NCBI GenBank assembly: GCA_965223345.1 | Contig: CBDCWG010000012.1 | Span: forward strand, 2,656,001-2,720,000 | Source of the DNA: Nitrospinales bacterium | GTDB lineage: Bacteria > Nitrospinota > Nitrospinia > Nitrospinales > VA-1 | Direction: 5' to 3' | DNA length: 64,000 bases | Part shown: positions 59,631-64,000 of the stretch, one piece after another | How positions within the stretch are numbered: the stretch's first letter is position 1 | Layout: every line of letters begins with the position of its first letter | Position numbers and translations under genes: made by a program | Notes under the pieces: model-generated | Told to the model about the DNA's origin: nothing | Database searches by the model: none | Seen by the model: the letters and a program-made list of their open reading frames with translations, nothing else

Positions 59631-59724
59631 GGGGTTCCTCTCGAGAATATAAAAGAATCCAAACCCTGCACTCATATTTTATTATAAAATAGGCCTCTTT
59701 GCCTGAATCTGATAAAAAAATAGC

Positions 59725-61077
59725 ATGCCGGTTGAAAAAATAAAAGAAATCTTTGAATCCGCCGATCTCCCTGCGGAAAGTGTGCGCGCTCAGGTCGATG
59801 AGCTGGATCATTTTGAGATCGCGCGCCGGCTGCACGAGTTCCCGGTTGAGGAAAAACTGCGGATTTTCCACCTGTTGCCGGAAGTAAAACAGCAGGAACT
59901 GCTTTACGAGACCGACCAGGACAGCCGCCAGGAAATCCTCAAATCCCTGGACTCGGAGAATATCGCTCACCTGATCGAAGAAATGCCCGAGGATGAAGCC
60001 ACCGACATCCTCATGGAGCATCCGGAGGAAGAGCGGGAGGAAATCCTCGAAAAAATGGCCCCGACTGAGGCCAGCGTGATCAAGGACCTGATCAGTTACG
60101 GCGAGGAAACCGCAGGCGGGCTGATGGAACCCACTTTCAACAGGGTGCGGCCCAGCCAGACGGCGGCGGACATTCTGGTGCAGCTCAAGCGCGACCGCAA
60201 TCCGGAGGCGGCGCCCTATTTTTACGTCGTGGGCGACCGCAACGAACTGCTGGGGTTTTTCAAGCTGCGGGATCTGCTCAACGTGTCGGCCATCGCGCAC
60301 CCCGCCGAATTCATGCGTGAAGACACGCCCAGTGTGACACTGGACGACCCGTGCGAAAAGGTGGCCAATCTGATGGACCACGAACACCTCAGCGTGATTC
60401 CGGTGGTCAACGACCGCAACCAGATTCAGGGCGTGGTGACTTTCGACGACGTCATCAAGGCCATGCAGGACATCGCCAACGACGACTTTTACGCGATGGC
60501 GGGCAGCGACCGGGGCGACCCGTTCGCCAAGAAAACCGCGCGCAAGATCTGGGCGCGGGCTCCCTGGCTGTTCACGACGTTCATCGGTGGGTTGATCAGC
60601 GCGTTCATCATCGCCTCCTACAAGGACAGCCTGGCGGAATTCGCGACGGTGGTGCTGTTCATTCCGTTTGTGATCGGGCTGGCGGGCAACATCGCCATCC
60701 AGGGCGCGACGGTCATCGTGCGCGGCATGGCCACCGGCGACATTCAGGCGGACAATCTGGCGCGGGTGGTGAAAAGCGAAATCCTGGTGGGGTTGTCGAA
60801 CGGCCTGATCTTCGGCCTGCTCTGCGGGGTGCTCATCAGCGGGCTGGCGGTCACCGGCTTGCCGATCAAACCGATCCTCGGGGTCACCGTGGGCGCGGGC
60901 ATCGTCCTGGCGGTGGCGCTTTCCACGTTTCTGGGATCGCTGACGCCGATCGGTTTCATCAAGGCGGGAATCGATCCTGCGATCAGCACCGGGCCGTTCG
61001 TCATCGTGCTCAACGATATTTTAGGGTTGGCTGTTTACCTTGCCAGCACCGCGCTGATTTTTTCACAAATTTATTGA
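59725..61077 (+). CDS. mgtE: Magnesium transporter MgtE
   Basis: YGEETAGGLM, CBS pair, RAPWL, AGNIAIQ, IDPAISTGP and ND. Confidence 0.95.
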   Translation: MPVEKIKEIFESADLPAESVRAQVDELDHFEIARRLHEFPVEEKLRIFHLLPEVKQQELLYETDQDSRQEILKSLDSENIAHLIEEMPEDEATDILMEHPEEEREEILEKMAPTEASVIKDLISYGEETAGGLMEPTFNRVRPSQTAADILVQLKRDRNPEAAPYFYVVGDRNELLGFFKLRDLLNVSAIAHPAEFMREDTPSVTLDDPCEKVANLMDHEHLSVIPVVNDRNQIQGVVTFDDVIKAMQDIANDDFYAMAGSDRGDPFAKKTARKIWARAPWLFTTFIGGLISAFIIASYKDSLAEFATVVLFIPFVIGLAGNIAIQGATVIVRGMATGDIQADNLARVVKSEILVGLSNGLIFGLLCGVLISGLAVTGLPIKPILGVTVGAGIVLAVALSTFLGSLTPIGFIKAGIDPAISTGPFVIVLNDILGLAVYLASTALIFSQIY

Positions 61078-61098
61078 ATCCAAGCGGTGCATTGCGTT

Positions 61099-61155
61099 TT
61101 AGGATTGGCGGTTTATCTCGCCGGCACGGCCCTGATCTTTGCGAGCGTTTACTGA
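61099..61155 (+). repeat. Diverged duplicate of the last 18 codons and stop of mgtE
   Basis: Encodes LGLAVYLAGTALIFASVY* versus LGLAVYLASTALIFSQIY* at 61021-61077; 42/57 nt identical. Confidence 0.9.
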
Positions 61156-61175
61156 ATGCGGCTTCTGTGGAAGCG

Positions 61176-61430
61176 CTAGCCCTCCGCTTCCGGTTCTTCC
61201 AGTTCGATTTCGATCAGCGGGGTTTCGATCTCCACGTATTCCCCCTCCGACACGTAAAACTCCGTGACGCGCCCGTCCACTTCGGAAAGCAGCGTGAAAT
61301 AGCCCTCGGAGATGATTTCAGCCACGGCGGTGCCCTTCGCCACCTTGTCGCCTTTCTGCACCAGGAATTTGTCGATTTTCCCCGAAGTCATCGTGGGGTA
61401 CATGGGAGCCATCACGATGTAATCCTGCAT
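61176..61430 (-). CDS. Stand-alone biotinyl/lipoyl-like domain lacking the acceptor lysine
   Basis: TMTSGKI..FLVQKGDKV..G..VAEI...SEVDG.V..FYVSEGE.V; GGAGGAGG RBS. Confidence 0.82.
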   Translation of the reverse strand: MQDYIVMAPMYPTMTSGKIDKFLVQKGDKVAKGTAVAEIISEGYFTLLSEVDGRVTEFYVSEGEYVEIETPLIEIELEEPEAEG

Positions 61431-61572
61431 ATCCCTCCTCCAAAATAACGCGCACGGCCGCAACGCGCCGGCCGGGTTCGGTTTCTGAAAATTGGCGAAA
61501 AACAGTTATAATGGATTTCCACGCCCCAACTCAAGTCAACCCGGGCCGCGAGGCTCCCAGGAAGGTGCGATT

Positions 61573-61785
61573 GTGAAACTCAAGATCGGAGATGTCCTGT
61601 TCGAACCGCTCTCGCAGAACACGGGTGAAGTCACCGCGATCAACGAGCATCCGGACGGCAGGCTGGTGACCATCCGCTGGCGGGTCCAGGACCACCTGCC
61701 GCACGACACGGAACATTTTCACAAAAAGATCGTCCGCAGCATCGAGCGGGGCGAATACGAGTACACGCCGAAAGCCGGCTCCTGA
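61573..61785 (+). CDS. Small hypothetical protein
   Basis: GTG start after GGAAGG; host-like codon usage. Confidence 0.6.
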   Translation: MKLKIGDVLFEPLSQNTGEVTAINEHPDGRLVTIRWRVQDHLPHDTEHFHKKIVRSIERGEYEYTPKAGS

Positions 61786-61806
61786 CGCAACCCGGGCCGA
61801 GGGGCC

Positions 61807-62091
61807 TCACTGTTTGTAAACGGTGTGCGACGGACGTCCGGCCAGAATGTTCTCCGCGCCCCAGTTGGTCACGTTCTTGAACTTGTCCGAACGGATGAAG
61901 CCGTTGAACGCTTCCTCGGAACTCCAGTCGGAAACGATGAGATAAGACTGCGGATCGTTGACGTCTTTGTACAGGAACGACTGGGTGTGCCCTTCCATGT
62001 CTTCCATCACTTTGAGCACCTTGTCGAACGCGTCTTCGAAAATCTTTTCCTTACCGGGGATCATTTTGTAGTTCATGCCGATGGTTACCAT
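61807..62091 (-). CDS. Antibiotic biosynthesis monooxygenase (ABM/IsdG-like) family protein
   Basis: PGKE..FE..F, GH...LY and YLIVSDWSSEEAF..F..SD.F. Confidence 0.88.
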   Translation of the reverse strand: MVTIGMNYKMIPGKEKIFEDAFDKVLKVMEDMEGHTQSFLYKDVNDPQSYLIVSDWSSEEAFNGFIRSDKFKNVTNWGAENILAGRPSHTVYKQ

Positions 62092-62142
62092 GATTTCTCC
62101 TGCTCTTTCCTCTCTGAACCGTTGCGGTTGTGAATCGGATGG

Positions 62143-62937
62143 TTAGGTCAAAATAAAATCGTAATCGCCCGACAGGCCGCCGCCGTCGGTTTGCCGGTAT
62201 TCCACGATCAGGCTCTCCTGTTCCTCGCGCGTCAAGCGCCGGTCCCGCAGAATGAAATCGCGGTCGTTGAGCTCCTGCACCAGCTTGTTGTCGTTCAACG
62301 CCTCTCCCTTGAAATAGAGCTGCGTCACCTTTTGCGGCATTCCCGGTGCGCTGACCAGAAAATGCAGGTGCGGCGGGCGGAACACGCGGCCTCTGGGGTC
62401 GATCGGGTAATAGCCGGGGACGATGGTTTTGAATTCGTAGTTGCCGTTTTCGTCGGTGAGGCAGCGTCCCCAGTACTGAAAATGCGGGTCGTGCTCGCGT
62501 TCCACCCACTCGCCGGTTTCGGGATGCTTGAAGCGCGTGTTGTCCTCATCGCCGCGGTGGTTGTAGCGGCCGCTGGCCGACGCGTTCCACAGGATGACGA
62601 CGGCGCCCTTCTGCGGCGCGCAGCTGCCGTCTTTTTCGGACAGAACCCGGCCCTTGAGTGTGACGACCTGCCCCTGGGCTCTGCCCTTTTTCCCCTTGAT
62701 GAAGGTCAGGTCGTTGTCGTTGGCCTGATGGATGGGCAGGCTGAAGTCCGGGCTTTCGCGGATGGCATGCACCGGGTCGCCGTCGTCCGGGAAAAACGGT
62801 CCCAGCGTCTGCGGCGGCGTGGGCAGCCGGCAGAGTTTCCCCCAGGCCGACGAAGCGGCCAGCGTTCCCAGGAAAGCCCCCGCAGCGGTGAGGGTTTTTG
62901 TCATGAAACGGCGTCTGGAAAAACGGGATCGGGACAT
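62143..62937 (-). CDS. Tat-exported intradiol ring-cleavage dioxygenase family protein
   Basis: SRRRFM Tat motif, TPPQTLGPF, ASGRY, TIVPGYY and RPPHLH. Confidence 0.9.
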   Translation of the reverse strand: MSRSRFSRRRFMTKTLTAAGAFLGTLAASSAWGKLCRLPTPPQTLGPFFPDDGDPVHAIRESPDFSLPIHQANDNDLTFIKGKKGRAQGQVVTLKGRVLSEKDGSCAPQKGAVVILWNASASGRYNHRGDEDNTRFKHPETGEWVEREHDPHFQYWGRCLTDENGNYEFKTIVPGYYPIDPRGRVFRPPHLHFLVSAPGMPQKVTQLYFKGEALNDNKLVQELNDRDFILRDRRLTREEQESLIVEYRQTDGGGLSGDYDFILT

Positions 62938-63049
62938 GGCGCCTTCCTTCTCAGATGGCAAGGGAATCCTTCGGTTCGTCTTGAAGTTTGCAACCATTTT
63001 ATACCATGCGCCCGGGCTTCCAACAGTTGGAATTTGCCCGCTGTGCGTC

Positions 63050-63424
63050 TCAGTATTCCTCGAGGGTGAACAGGTCTTGCTCCCAGGCGGTGCGGTAAAA
63101 ATCCGGATCGCGGATGATGCGGTTGCGCACGACCAGCGCCGCCTTGGATTTCATGGACAGCGGCAGGGTGCCGGACAGGGCGAACACCAGCACGCCCAGC
63201 CAGGAGGTGTCGAAGCGGTCCAGCGGAAACTCCAGGTTGCCGAGAAAGCTGATCAGGATGCCGATCAGCATTCCGGAAACCGCGAGGCAGGCCAGAACGA
63301 TCTGGGCGCGCCGCGGCCCGTCGCCGGCCAGCCCCTTGCGCACGCTGTGGAAGGCTTTTTTCTCGTCGATGTGGATCTTGACGTTGCCGGTCGCCCAAAG
63401 ACTTTCAAATTGTCTGCGGTCCAT
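63050..63424 (-). CDS. Small two-TM membrane protein
   Basis: AGGAG RBS; two hydrophobic segments. Confidence 0.7.
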   Translation of the reverse strand: MDRRQFESLWATGNVKIHIDEKKAFHSVRKGLAGDGPRRAQIVLACLAVSGMLIGILISFLGNLEFPLDRFDTSWLGVLVFALSGTLPLSMKSKAALVVRNRIIRDPDFYRTAWEQDLFTLEEY

Positions 63425-63549
63425 CGTTCTCCTGGAAAACCTCTGTTATGTGCGGGATGATGAAGTCCGGTACTCTAAAGTTTTTCAAACTGCTTGCGGT
63501 CCATGTTTTCCTGAAAAATTTCTTATTGTTAGCGAACCCGTTGCAAACC

Positions 63550-63572
63550 GTCACCCTGAGCCTGTCGAAGGG
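63550..63572 (-). repeat. REP-like 23-mer, copy 2
   Basis: GTCACCCTGAGCCTGTCGAAGGG; its reverse complement matches 36813-36835 at 22/23 positions. Confidence 0.8.
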
Positions 63573-63603
63573 TGCGGGATGATGGCGCAGTTGCGCATGG
63601 AGC

Positions 63604-63638
63604 AAAAATAACAAAAGGCCCCAACGGGCGCTGGGGCC
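63604..63638 (-). terminator. Rho-independent terminator downstream of hspQ
   Basis: Minus strand GGCCCCAGC-GCCC-GTTGGGGCC stem-loop followed by TTTTGTTATTTTT. Confidence 0.7.
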
Positions 63639-63761
63639 GACGCAGAATTATGGATCAAATTTCAAATGCGATCAACGGCGATTTTTCGGGTGCGGTGCGG
63701 AATGCGGTTTCGGGGCAGCGGCGGCTGCGGGCCGCCTATAGGGGGATGGCGGCGGGGCGGC

Positions 63762-64000
63762 TCAGTTCAGCACGATCAGGTCCGGCTCGAGATTGCGTTC
63801 GGCGACGTAGGTCATGCGGGTTCCGTTGTGCACGCGCACGTGGTACCAGGGCTGGTCCTTGGGCGGGCGGCTGCGGGCCATGGTCTCGTACCATTCGTCG
63901 GTCTGCTTGAATTCCAGGTCCACGCCCACGATGACGCCACGGTAGTCGAACAGCTTGTGATGGATGAGTTGCCCGATACAAAATTTTGCTTTGGTTGCGC
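63762..64000 (-). CDS. hspQ: Heat shock protein HspQ (start lies beyond the window)
   Basis: AKFCIGQLIHHKLFDYRGVIVGVD...PPKDQPWYHV...TYVAERNLEPD; not in the ORF track. Confidence 0.92.
   Translation of the reverse strand, partial: ATKAKFCIGQLIHHKLFDYRGVIVGVDLEFKQTDEWYETMARSRPPKDQPWYHVRVHNGTRMTYVAERNLEPDLIVLN

Overview
A GC-rich (by eye about 60%) bacterial chromosome segment with about 60 CDSs and no rRNA, tRNA, CRISPR array or intact IS element. Gene content and style suggest a Nitrospina-like (Nitrospinota) organism; this is inference only. Housekeeping genes: carA (partial), carB, nth, coaE, murJ, thrH, eda, mgtE, a sirC-like gene and hspQ (partial). There are also scattered flagellar-type genes (FlgT-like, FlhB-domain, FliK-like, fliL) and peptidoglycan enzymes. 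The most notable item is a two-gene iron-uptake operon (49071-52753) behind a sigma70 promoter and a Fur-type box. It encodes a cytochrome c-FTR1 permease fusion and a PepSY-TM/beta-propeller protein, and both end in the same His/Cys/Glu-rich 44-residue cytoplasmic segment, which could be an undescribed heterodimeric metal-binding module. Other highlights: an AT-rich, 5'-truncated gene bracketed by short inverted repeats after carB; an in-frame, mostly synonymously diverged duplicate of the last 18 codons of mgtE; a very large HPr fusion; a DUF1338-like/FAD-oxidase pair; a MoxR-like ATPase with an unusual partner; a di-heme DUF3365/collagen-like operon; and a small lipoprotein with three H[VI]SGN repeats. 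All family calls come from motif recognition by eye, not database searches.
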